Source: Okamejei kenojei (lineage: Eukaryota). Taken from it: a stretch of DNA of 64,000 nucleotides. The stretch spans positions 16,554,001-16,618,000 of the forward strand of contig CM069163.1 in NCBI GenBank assembly GCA_035221665.1, in the 5' to 3' direction. Positions 36,745-48,258 of the stretch are shown here, piece by piece. The notes below the pieces were generated by a model. That model worked only from the letters and a program-made list of their open reading frames with translations. It did no database searches and was not told the origin of the DNA. Numbering within the stretch: position 1 is the first letter of the stretch; the number at the start of each line of letters is the position of its first letter. The translations under genes were made by a program, and so were the position numbers.

Positions 36745-37265
36745 GCCAAGTGGGATGTTTTTAAACATGTACTGAAGCAAGCTCAGGATGCGTACGTTCC
36801 CGTTAGAGTGAAGGGCCAAGCAGGCAAACGCAAGGAAGCTTGGCTGACGAGGGAAATTGAGACGTTAGTCAAAAACAAGAAGGATGCATGGGACAGGTAT
36901 AGGCAGCTGGGATAAAGTGCATCCATGGAGAAGTTTTGGAAACTAAGGAGTAAACTAAAAAAAGGAAATGAGAAGGGCAAAAAGGGGCCAGGAGATAGAT
37001 CTGGCGGGTAGCATTAAGGATAATCCCAAAAGGTTTTATAAATACATAAGGGGGAACAGGCACGGAAATCGCTCTCAAAATATGGGGGGGGGGGGGGGAC
37101 ACACAATTTCTTGGCGGCCGCAACATCGGGAGCCTCGATCGCCTCGTCGCAGCAATTTGACCGCGAGTGGGACTAATGTAGCTGGGACATTGTTGGCGGG
37201 AGTGGGCGAGTTGGGGGAGTTGGGCCGAAAGGGCCTGTTTCCACACTTTCACTCTATGATTCTAT
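36745..37265 (+). mobile_element. Chimeric CR1 remnant (ORF2 linker region, G-run, CpG-rich piece, CR1 3' tail)
   Basis: RRAKRGQEIDLAGSIKDNPKRFYKYIRG is the CR1 ORF2 linker; gggccgaaagggcctgtttccacac..ctctatga tail. Confidence 0.75.
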
Positions 37266-37477
37266 GGCCAAAGTCCTGGCACACTAGATTATCAGTTTGA
37301 TTGTAACAACAGTAAAACCTGTTATTGTGAATGGGGGTTAAACATATTTGCTAATAAATAGTAACTATTTCTTTGGGATAATAAAATGCGATCTTTTGAT
37401 TAGACTTCAGAGAACAAATGGAGACTGAGCTGATTGGTTCATTTCAATAGTACTACAGATAGTATGTGCTATGTACA

Positions 37478-37650
37478 GGAAAGAACTGCAGATGCTGGTT
37501 TAAATGGAAGGTAGACTCAAATTGCTGGAGTAACTCAGCAGGGCAGGCAGCATCTCTGGAAAGAAGGAATGTGCGACGTTTCGGACAGAGACCCTTCTCT
37601 CCAGAGATGCTGCCTGTTCCGCTGAGCTACTCCAGCATTTTGTGTCCACC
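37478..37650. mobile_element. Penelope-derived inverted pLTR insertion flanked by a 15-bp TSD
   Basis: tatgtgctatgtaca at 37463-37477 and 37651-37665; internal inverted repeat of about 50 bp. Confidence 0.85.
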
Positions 37651-38289
37651 TATGTGCTATGTACATATGTACTATGGTGCTATGGTAAGAGATTTAGGAC
37701 TGTGGTTCTATGGTAAACGATTTTGGAGATTGTTTTCTCCCCATGGGGAACTTGGAGTCAGGAACGCACTGCCGGAGGGGGTCATGTGGCAGGATCTCTC
37801 ACATTTAAGAAGTATTTAGATGGGCACCAATTACTAAGGCATGGAAAACTAGGGATCAAATGCTAATGAATGGGAATAATATGTGGGCGTTGGTGGTCAG
37901 CAAGATTTTGGTTCTGAAATGTTTGCCTCTATAACACACCCAGAAATGTGATCTGAGGTTTCGCCCCGTGGTTTTGCTCAGGTACAGACAAACTACAATT
38001 GCATTCCAAATTCAGACTCCCATCTTGATAATATCACCATGAACGTCAAGGACATTACATCAGAGAGGGCTCTTAATCACAATTAATCATGTCTGGAGGA
38101 TGCCCATCCACATGAAAGGAATATTCGGAGAGTGTCTGTCTGACCTACTGAACATTTCCAACATTTTCTTTTTTGTTTTTGTAGATATGCCGGTGTTTAT
38201 TCTCACCTCCAATGTACAACAGAATAATGTAGATTAGCATTTGCCACTTGTCTCTGTGACACTATCAGTAAAACATGTCCAGGCTGCTG

Positions 38290-38423
38290 TCTCTCCAGTA
38301 TGCGCGCAAGGAACCCTGGGAGTTGTAGTTCGCGCAGCCACGTCGTCCAATTATTCCGCTCGACAAAGCTCCGTCATCAGCCTGCGCAGGAGCCGTCTCT
38401 AGGCAGCGGGGGAAATGGCGGAC
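38290..38423 (+). promoter_or_regulatory. MED27 core promoter / small CpG island
   Basis: TGCGCGCA (38301-38308, NRF1-like); TGGGAGTTGTAGT (38317-38329), which is the ACTACAnnTCCCA ZNF143/THAP11 motif on the minus strand; CGTCA half-CRE; gcctgcgca; AAATGGCGG YY1-like motif spanning the ATG; no TATA box. Confidence 0.8.
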
Positions 38424-38617
38424 TCTTTGAGTGTTGGGATCAATCTGGATGCTTTTGCTCACGCGATTAACGCTATTCAACAACTTCGCTCCAGTGTCAC
38501 CCGCGTTTTTGACACTCTCAAGGATGGGATGAAGAACAAAGAGACTTTGGAAGGCAGGGAGAAAGCATTCATCAGTGACTTTCAGGACAACCTGCATGCT
38601 GTCAACAGGGATCTGAA
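38415..38617 (+). CDS. MED27: Mediator complex subunit 27, coding exon 1
   Basis: MADSLSVGINLDAFAHAINAIQQLRSSVTRVFDTLKDGMKNKETLEGREKAFISDFQDNLHAVNRDL matches the MED27 N-terminus; 203 nt, phase-2 donor AA|GTAAGT. Confidence 0.96.
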
Positions 38618-40140
38618 GTAAGTTGGAGGCTGAAGAGTGGAAGCGAGGGCTTTTCTCTGGCTTTCATTACGAGTAGAAGCATTTTGATCCAAGGAGTTTT
38701 AATAACTGTAATATTGATGTAGAGTATTTAAGGTAGTAAGTCATTCAAGTCATTTAACAGTGAACAAATGTAAAGCCAAGACATGGGGATATTTGGGAAT
38801 GGTTATTCAGTGCTGGATAGTTTCCTGAAAAGGTGTTGGATGCAGAAAACATTCTGTATTTAAAATGTATATGGATGTGCGCATTAATGGTTATAACCTA
38901 CAAGCTGACATAGATTATAAATGGCCATGACACCAAAACATCATCATCTACTTTTTATGTCTGAGATAAATTGATCCTTACTTGAGCATTGAAAATTGTG
39001 CCTTTTGGGTTTTGTGTCACTTACTGTCGAATGGAAACATGTCTAGATTATTCTCAATTACTTTTTTCTCTTGTCCCTTGTTTCTTTACATGTTCTGTTT
39101 ACCACTCTAACTCATCTTGTATATCATTCCTTTTTGGCATTTAATTATTTAAACTATCTTGAACACACAAACTTAATTGCACATACTATGTGTTTCTATG
39201 ATTTAATTTGTCCTGCCTTCTCATCTATCATAGATCTTTGTCTTTGTTTTCTCCTCCCTTCCCATATTTTCTCTTTTCTGCACAGATGCTATCTGACCTG
39301 CTGACTATTTCCAGCATTTTTTTGCCTGTTATTTTCTATTTCTAGCATCCCCAGTATTTTGCTTTGTAAGTGTGCACCATCTGTCACAATATATGATTGC
39401 ACATCAATGTGGCACAGGCAGCTGATTGATAAAGTACTCAGGCCAGCATCTGAATTTGCACTGAGGTAAAGCCTTTTCTTGTTGTGGTTCTTTGTACGAC
39501 AGATAATTTAATCAAATAGTTTGAATTGATTATAATTGCAGGCATAATATGATTTTGGTGGCCGTTCACACTTCATGCAAAAAAATACTGGGTATTTTCT
39601 ACATTTCTGAGTAGAAACCTCATACTTCATTCACATTAATATGCCATAGACTGATTCTAGCTTCTACCTGTTGACCTGCAAAAAAATGTTGATTATTATC
39701 ACATTTTCTGACGAGGAGAGAGGCTTGAGCAAGTTTGTTGCTGCTCGGTCTAGGAATATCCGGTGTTGTTCTGCATGCTGGAAAGCTGCCAATGAGTTAT
39801 TTTATTAAATCAAATCTCCTGGGCAAAACGGCACTGCCCTGACCATTCATATTTGTTTTTGTTTTCTTCCAGCGCAATTATTTTTGCCTTCTTTCAATTC
39901 TGCATCCATTTTCTTCCCTCTCTATTCTCATAGCTCCTTTCATGTTACCAGGTGATGTTTGTTCTTTTCGTCCCCTGTGTACTCGCACAAAACAAATCTT
40001 GATTTTTTAAGAATTCTGTACTTGAAGGATATTCTTCACCTGCTTAATTGGTTAGAATGTAACCATTTTTTCTATGGAAATAAGTATTAAAATATAAGAT
40101 ATCCTTTGCACTGATCACTGTGGTTGCTTTTGATTTTCAG

Positions 40141-40285
40141 TGAGTTGGAACGTTTGAGTAACTTGGTGGGACGACCATCGGAGAGTCACCCACTCCATAA
40201 CAGTGGCTTGTTGAGTCTTGATCCAGTGCAGGATAAAACTCCCCTCTACAGCCAACTTTTGCAGGCTTACAAATGGTCTAACAAG
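40141..40285 (+). CDS. MED27: Mediator complex subunit 27, coding exon 2 (missed by the ORF track)
   Basis: Acceptor tgattttcAG| completes codon AAT (N), then ELERLSNLVGRPSESHPLHNSGLLSLDPVQDKTPLYSQLLQAYKWSNK; donor AAG|GTAGGT; 145 nt, in frame with exon 1. Confidence 0.96.
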
Positions 40286-40529
40286 GTAGGTTACTGATTA
40301 TTATGAACACAATGTGTTTTTTTGGTCAATGTGGTTACCAACCAGAACTGCAAGCATTTTGATATCAAATATTTACATTTTGAATATCCCCAAAAAACTA
40401 TTACATCATTTCACTCTTTATGGAAAGAGACCAAATTCATTGTTTAGAACACAACATAGTCAAGCTTTTTCTTTGAAAGGCCATATTGGTTTATAGGCAA
40501 TATAATCCCCATAAATGATAGGAGCCTAG

Positions 40530-41220
40530 AAATTGCTTATGTCCCTGTCTAAAGGTCTTTTAAATGTTACAATTCTACCCGCCTCTACCACTTCTTCTGG
40601 CAATTTTTTCATTTTACATACCATCCTCTTGGTGAAATATTTGCCCTTCAGTTCTTTTTTTAAATCTTTCCCCTCTCATCTTAAACCCACAATCTCTAGT
40701 TTTAGATCCCATTATCCTGAGTAAACGACTGCGGCTTATCAATATTCCTCATGATTTTATAAACTATATAAGGTCACCTTTCAGTCTCCTATGCTTTTTT
40801 TTTTTAACCCTTTTGATATAAATATACAGAATACTTGCTTTAATTAGCTAGATAATATCAGAAGGGCAGGCTATACCTGCAGGTATTAGTTCTGGTTGCC
40901 ATGATACAGAAATAACGTGATTGCACTGAAAGGGTGCAGAGGAGATTCACCAGGATGTTTCCTGTGATAGAGTATTTCATCAATGAGGAGAGACTGGGTA
41001 GACAGGGTTTGTTTTCCTCGGAGCAGAGAAGTCTCTGAGGGGGTGGAGGTGGGTGGGGACATCTGATTAAGGTGTATACAATTAGAAGTGGCATAGGTAG
41101 GGTAGACAATGGGAAAAGTGGAGGAATGCATTTAAAAAGTACTTAGATAAGCACGTGAAACAATTTAGCATCAAGGCGACAGGCTGAGTGCCAGAAAATG
41201 GGATTATTATTGATGGGTAC
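40530..41220. mobile_element. Two CR1 fragments in opposite orientations
   Basis: Minus-strand tail at about 40530-40795; plus-strand gggtgcagaggagattcaccaggatg (VQRRFTRM) at about 40885-41220. Confidence 0.7.
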
Positions 41221-41224
41221 TCAA

Positions 41225-41511
41225 TAGTTACACTGCCAGAGACCTGAGTTAAATCCTGACTGCAGGTGCTGTCCATACAGAGTTTGTATGTTCTCCCTGT
41301 GACTGTGTGGGTTTCTCCCTGTGACTCTGCGCTCTGGTTTCCTCTCACAGAAGTGCACGTTTGTAATTAACTGGCTTCTGTAAATTGTCCCTGGTATGTA
41401 GGATACAAAACTGGAATAATATAGAACTAGTGCATGGGTGATCGTTGGTTGACATGGATTCGGTGGGCTAAAGGGCGAGTTTCCATGCTATATCTCTAAA
41501 CTAAACTAAAT
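41225..41511 (+). mobile_element. HE1/V-SINE-like SINE
   Basis: Core plus ggctaaagggcgagtttccatgctatatctc(taaac)n tail. Confidence 0.8.
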
Positions 41512-43491
41512 AGACTGATTTAATCACTAATTAACCGACACATTGCAATCTGACTTGGTTTTAGAGATCACAAGCTTTGTGTAGATTATTAGTCTACCAA
41601 ACTGAAATTTAAAATACAAAGTGTAATTGCTAATTTGTAAATAATTGGAATGTGAAAGTAAAGAGATCCATGGGGTTCAATAGTTATGTACGGTGAAGCA
41701 CTAGATACAATAGCATTTTGGTTCACTGATCTCCCACTGATTTTAGGTTGGTTACAGAATGAGGATGCTTTTCTATAGAATATGTAGATGTCTCTCCCTC
41801 TGAAAGGGAACACATACCCATCCCGGTCTAAAATATAGCACGATTATGGGGGATGTGATTTCAAATAGAGAATGGGAGAAGTGCCTGTAGTAATCCATTT
41901 GCTACTGAAATATTGACTGTAAAGTCTACCAAATTGACTTTTCACCATTGTCAAAAACTCTCCTTAGAACCCAGTCAATTTCAGCAGAAATTCCCACGCA
42001 ATTATTTTTGTTCAAATCAATAGTACTTACTATCCTAAGTAGCTGTTGCATTATGCATATGAGCTTAAACTTTACCTCTGATTTATCTTAAATCCAATTT
42101 ATTTTTGATCCATTGAAATATAACGTTTATTGAAATTCACTGAAGTTTATAAAGTATTTCCAACAGTTTGATGTGTATTTGGGATAAACACGGTGACATT
42201 TTTGTAAGATAAAGCTAGTGAATCTCAACATTTGTTTTTAAGGGTTTGTGTGTATAGTATAACGCAGAAAAAAACAGAGTGTCATGTATTTTGTTATTTC
42301 CTCATTTGCTGTGACCGATTAATTCAAATTCTCATCATTGCAATCCATTCTGGGATTCTTGGGATGGTTTGAAGATTATATGAGATAACTGACCATATTT
42401 CAGTATATAGAAAACATAAAATTAGAAACATGAATTATTTTCTTATCTCTGAATTTTTGATTTCAGACATTTTAACAATATTTTTAAGCATATGTTCTGG
42501 TGGGTGGTGTTGCTACTTCTAAAGGCTTCTGAAAATACTACGAATACATTGATTTGGCAAAGTGGATGATTGTCAGACAAATATAACCCAATTTTATTTT
42601 TAAAACTTTGTAACAATATTGGCTGTTATACCTGGAGTTCCTCGGGTATTTTGCTGGCAATCATGATGTTAGCATTTATTTCCATGCAACCGGGTTTTAT
42701 AACACTGCTTATAAATGAAATAAAATCTAATTTAAGTATGTAATTGTACAATGGATAATATCATTAGGGGATTAAAATTATGTAGTTTAGCTAAAGTCAA
42801 GCTGAAAATAAATATGTATAAGCACACTGGAAATATGGATACAAAATTTATATTTAATATAGTTTTCTTTAAGTAGTTATATACCTTTGCATAAAATGTA
42901 ATTTACTTGATTGCAATATTGAGGTACTTAAATACACTATATTTCTTTCTTTAGAATCCAGTGTGTAATTATATAGATTATTTTTATCTCCAACTCTGGG
43001 GCAATCAATAAGTAATTGACTATGGGAAAAGCTCGAGATTAAGGCTAACTATTTTTAATGTTTGTCCTTGCATTTTACGTATGTTTATAGCAAAACTAAC
43101 TGCAGTTGCTTGAATTGAAAAGGTAAATCAAATGGGTTAATATCTGAAAGATGAATACATTTTTTCCACTAGCATTGCCAGTCATTATTGTAGCCTCAAT
43201 TACATGTAGTAGTCATTTTTGAACTGATAATCCTGTGGGATTCAAATTCTCAGTTAGTATGATTGGATCTCTTCCATTTAGTTCAGGATTAGATGATGGC
43301 GCACCATGAGGTGAAAGACTTAAAAAAAAAAAAAAATAAGAGAAGAATGTACAGCCTCATCAGTCCGTCACACTTGTGCTGGTTGTCTGAGAAACTCTGA
43401 AAGTTATTTATTCATGTCTTGATCTGTGTCATTTTCTGGGTGCTAAAATTGCACTTTAAAGCAACCATTGATTAGTCAAATAGTGTTGAAT

Positions 43492-43877
43492 TACATATAA
43501 AATTATTAAGGGATTGGACATGCTAGATGCAGGAAACATGTTCCTGATGTTGGGGGAGTCCAAAACCAGGGACCACAGTTTAAGAATAAAGGATAGGCCA
43601 TTTAGAACTGAGACGAGGAAAAACTTTTTCACCCAGAGAGTTGTGAATTTGTGGAATTCTCTGCCTCAGAAGGCAGTGGAGGCCAATTCACTGGATGCAT
43701 TCAAAAGCGAGTTAGATAGAGCTCTTAGGGCTAGTGGAATTAAGGGGTATCGGGAGAAGGCAGGAACAGGGTACTGATTGTGGATGATCAGCCACGATCA
43801 CATTGAATGGCGGTGCTGGCTCAAAGGGCCGAATGGCCTACACCTGCACCTATTGTCTATGCATCTATGTATCTATG
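43492..43877 (+). mobile_element. CR1 LINE 3' end (young)
   Basis: GESKTRDHSLRIK.RPFRTE.RKNFFTQRVVNLWNSLPQKAVEA.SLD.FK.ELDR; (tctatg)-type tail. Confidence 0.92.
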
Positions 43878-44637
43878 GGTAAACAACTTGCACCATATCA
43901 TGAAGTGATATAACAATTTGTCCCAAGTTTTTCATCAAAATCATACCTGTTGAATCTTCGTGTTTAAATTTGCGATTTCCTAATTTAAGTAAACTTGAAA
44001 CAGACTCTTGCAGATGGACCACTTTGCAAAGGCACTTGCAAATTAGTTTAAGTATAATTATTAACATATTCCCAAGTATATAATGCTTTAATACATGCTT
44101 TCAATTCATCTGCTGTACTACCTTGTGGAATTACTGGTAGTATTTAATGAAAATCTCCAGCCAGCACTAACATAACACATCCCATTAGTTTATTATTGTG
44201 TCCGAGATCTTGCAACATTTGATCTAATGGTTCAGTGGCTGCTTTGTGTATCATATTACAATCATCACCCACAACAAGTTTGTGATCTTTTACAAAATTT
44301 TCCTTATTTGCCAGATATAAAGGGAGGTTTAAAAACTGAATGTGCAGTTTTTTTCCCCATCAAAAATATTGAACCTATGCCTAATGATATCACGATCAGG
44401 GAAATCATGTTTTGCCTTTGACGTTTAGATAAAAGTAGATGAACATTTCTTTGGTATCTCATCAAATGTGGTTCTCTCTCTCTTATTCACGTAACAAGTT
44501 TAAATCATTCCACAGGAACAGTGCATACATTTTCAGTTTCTCATTGGGGAACTGGTAGACCGCAATGAGAATTTGGGTCAGGTCCACCCAAATATTTAGT
44601 GCCTCAAAAAATCTGGGGGGGAAAAGTCATACATTTT

Positions 44638-44745
44638 CAAGTTGTAGGTCAACTTTTTCTATTTGATCTATTTGTTTGTGTACGTCGGGTTGATTGCATT
44701 AGTCGAAACAGTGTGGACCATGTGAAGGTTGCCATCTTCCCCCAG
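44638..44745 (-). mobile_element. Short retroposon of the 50179-50314 family
   Basis: gggttgattgcattagtcgaaacag..ggaccatgtgaaggttgccatcttcccc. Confidence 0.75.
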
Positions 44746-46914
44746 TGATCTGATGGTGCATATTGATAGAAATAAACCCAATTTCAAAACAACCAACTCA
44801 AAATAAATCACGGTATGATTCAGCAGATGTTTACTGAATGAAAGAGTTTTTGGTTATATAGATTGAATTTTAGGTCCAAATTATTGATTTCCAGGTTGCT
44901 TGTGGTCGTCCATTGATAGAGTATGGTTCACAATGTAGAAAAGTGGATAAAGAAGTTGCATTCCATTGCCTGCAAAAGATAGATGTGCTATCATAGTAAA
45001 AGTCTTGTTTGTTTCCATATCAATAAAATAAAGAATTAATTTCATTTTTAACATAATTGACTTTAATATGATAGCTGAGCAGGATACAACATTGCATCTA
45101 AAACGCATTAGAGGTTTGTAGGCTGGCTTTTTCACGGGTGTGGGTGGGAACATTTTAACAGTCAGGATTGTTGACACCTATATGTAGTGCTGTGATTATC
45201 ATTCACATTGGTAATTGTCTGTCACAGGAAAGTTGGAAACAAAGCCTGTCACTGTTATTGTCTGGCAGTTGGAGTAGATGTACAGTTCCATTGCAGAGGC
45301 AGTGGATGGCAGTGTAGAAAATCTAAGAAATGTGCGTTGGATTGTTGTACAACAGCTTCTGACCATCTGCCGTAGAAAATGAATAATGCCGTGTCATATC
45401 AGCATGTATCAGATTTTTAATGTATCTAAAAATTGTTTTTTATTCTATCAAAAAATCTGGAAAAAAACACTAACGAGGTTTTAAACGTAGTTTCTTTGAG
45501 CCCATTCCCTCTCCACATGTTCATTGCTATTATTTCATTACTGGAACCAGTGCATTGTATTTCTCTGAAACAGCCATTAATACACAATGACACAAAAGTG
45601 TAAACTGTAGTCCTATTGATTTAAGTTCTTCATATGGTCTTGACATTCTAGCCAATCTATTTCATTGTTTATATGAAAATTATTCATCCTATTAATAATC
45701 TTACGATGCACTTCCATTGTGACACATACCTGAAGTGTAATCTGAGCTTTAGAAGCATTACTCCAAACTAGGTTTGTGACGAAGGAGAGAGCATGAATAA
45801 TTACAAACCCAGAATGGACATTTAATAGTTCAGTTTGTTGAAAGCATTATGTTTCAGGATTGATAACGGACCCTTTGTGTGCCCATGACGTATTTAAATT
45901 CATACAGTGTCTATATAAATATGTTAATGGAATTTTACAGTTTGATTAGGATTATGTTCATGTATTTTCAGTTTTATCAGGATTATGTAATCAGAGCAGC
46001 ATTCAAAATAAGCTAAAATTAATTTCAATGTCTTGAAATCTTTCATTTACTGTATGATTCTTTACTATGGAGGAATTGTACACATGAATTAAAATGATTA
46101 TTTTGCCAAATGATATCTGAACCAAGTGCGGAGAGGTGAAATATGTAGAGAACCACATATTTTTGCGTGAAATTCTTCTCGTTACGTATTTGTAGTTCTC
46201 CAATTCTCTGTGGGATGAATCTGAGATGTAGAATTTAAGCTTATTGTTTGTAGTAGAATTTTTGTTTTTAATTTAATAAAGGTCCTGTAGTTATATTACC
46301 CCAAAAAACCTAATGGCCTATTACACATATCAGCCCAGAGAGCAAATCAGTCAGCAATTTTATTTTCAGAGATGAGAGGATTATTTCAGCCGAGTACATT
46401 CCAAACCTCACTTGCATATTACATTTGTGAAGGACCCTCACTTACCTATTTCTGGGGTATGAGAAATTTGATATGTGGTGGGGTGATAAGGGCTGAGTTG
46501 TGTAGAATGTTTAGGTGAGTATCCCTATTATTCTCAAACTTACTATAATCGTTATCTACATTTATGCGACATCATTATCTTTTGCTTGTTCAGTCATTAG
46601 TAATGTGCTTTTGCTGGTGTCACTTGAATCCTTGAAACATTATTTTAATGACTTATTGAGCAGTCTTAGCCAGAAAATAATTGACTCTGCATTACTGTAT
46701 ACAAGTTACAAGTAATAAGAGCGAGTTCATGAGTAACGGTACAATTTAAAAGATTGCCACAACCAACCACAGAATACATTGGTGATGCAGGGAATTGCTC
46801 CCAGCCCCTCCAAACCCTCCCTCCACTGTCAATCAGTGATGGTGTCTTATGGCTATTTCAGGTTATTTTGTATCTTGTTGAATCAGCTTCAGGTACAATT
46901 GGCAAACAGCAACA

Positions 46915-47280
46915 ACATTGTCGTGGTTAAGTTATTGAATTGACGGCTAAAGTCTGAACCATAGATCTGGAGATGCAGGCTGAAGTCTTGACATGGCAAA
47001 TGGGAAATTTAAATTCAAGTAATTTAACAAATCTGGAAATTTACAACAAAAAAATTTAGTGCCAGTAATAATTGTCATGAATCCATTTGATCATTGTTAA
47101 AAACACAATTTGCTCACAACTGTTCTTTAGCAATGGGAATCTGCTATCCTTTATTGCTCTGGGCTGTATGTGATTCCAGACTTAACTATGTAGGTTGATT
47201 CTTAACAGCTTCCACAGCTCACATGCCATGAGGGATGGACAATAAATGTTGGCATGACTATTTGCATTTTGTGAATAAAT
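46915..47280 (+). mobile_element. Old chondrichthyan tRNA-SINE
   Basis: catggcaaatgggaaatttaaattc...ttctttagcaatgggaatctgctatcctt...gggatggacaataaatgttggc. Confidence 0.5.
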
Positions 47281-47459
47281 ACTTGAAATATTTGCTAAAT
47301 ATTTAAAACACATGTTTGTTTTGCACATCTCTCCCTACTTTCTCTACTAGCTACAATTAACTTGTTTTGTCTCTTTCCCAATGCTGACAAGGAGTTCTGA
47401 ACTTGATATTTTGACTGTTTCTCTTTCAGTCAGTTGCTGCTTGACCTAAAGAAGGCACA

Positions 47460-47735
47460 TGGTACATTTGCCTCCACTGGTTGGGGCTTTGAGTATAAGA
47501 GTCTGGAAGTCAGGTTGCAGGTTTATTAAAATTTGGTTAAGCCACAATTGTAATGTTGCGTGAAGTTCTGGTTGCCCTATTACAGGGAGGATGTAGAGGA
47601 TTTGGTGAGGATGCAGAAGAGGTTTACCAAAATTTTAAGCAAGAAACACAAAGTGCTGGAGTAACTCAGCGGGTCAGGTAGCATCTCTGGAGAACATGGT
47701 GGCTGATATTTTGGGCCGGGACCCTTCTTCATTCT
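47460..47735. mobile_element. CR1 fragment followed by a minus-strand Penelope pLTR fragment
   Basis: gagtataagagtctggaagtc...gaggatgcagaagaggtttacc, then acacaaagtgctggagtaactcagc...gggacccttcttca. Confidence 0.65.
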
Positions 47736-47936
47736 TGAGTAATTAACTACAAATATTGTCATTGTTGTGGAGTATATGTCCTAACTTGCTCAAATTCTGT
47801 TAAAAGTTGTAAGTGGTAGTGACTTCTTATATTATGATGTTTCCAGGCAAATATTATTCAAATAGTTTATCTACAGAGTAAGGGTTAAAGGCAGTGACAT
47901 GATCTAGTAGGTAGAAGTAAAATATTCCACAGATAT

Positions 47937-48258
47937 TGGTGACACAGTGATGCAGCTGGTAAAGCTGCAGCCTTGCAGCACCAGAGACCTGGGTTCAATC
48001 CTGACCTAAGATGGTGTATGTGGAATAAGCACGTTCTCCCTGTGACTGTGTGTTTTTCCACCGGGTGCTCCGGTTTCTTCCCTCATCTGAAAGACTTGTG
48101 GGTTTGTAGGATAATTGGCCTCTGTAAATTGCCCCTTGTGTGTAAGAAGTGGGTGTAAAAGCGTGATAACATAAAACTAATGTGAACAATTGATCGATGG
48201 TTGGTGTTGACTCGGTGGGCTGAAGGGCCAGTTTCCATGCTGTATTTTTCAATCAATC
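47937..48258 (+). mobile_element. HE1/V-SINE-like SINE, near full length
   Basis: ggtgacacagtgatgcagctggta A box, gggttcaatcc B box, (tcaa)n tail. Confidence 0.82.

Noticed and set aside
38415-38621. 68-aa complete protein ending DLK-stop
   Set aside because: The stop lies within the GTAAGT donor; splicing to 40141 continues the MED27 frame.
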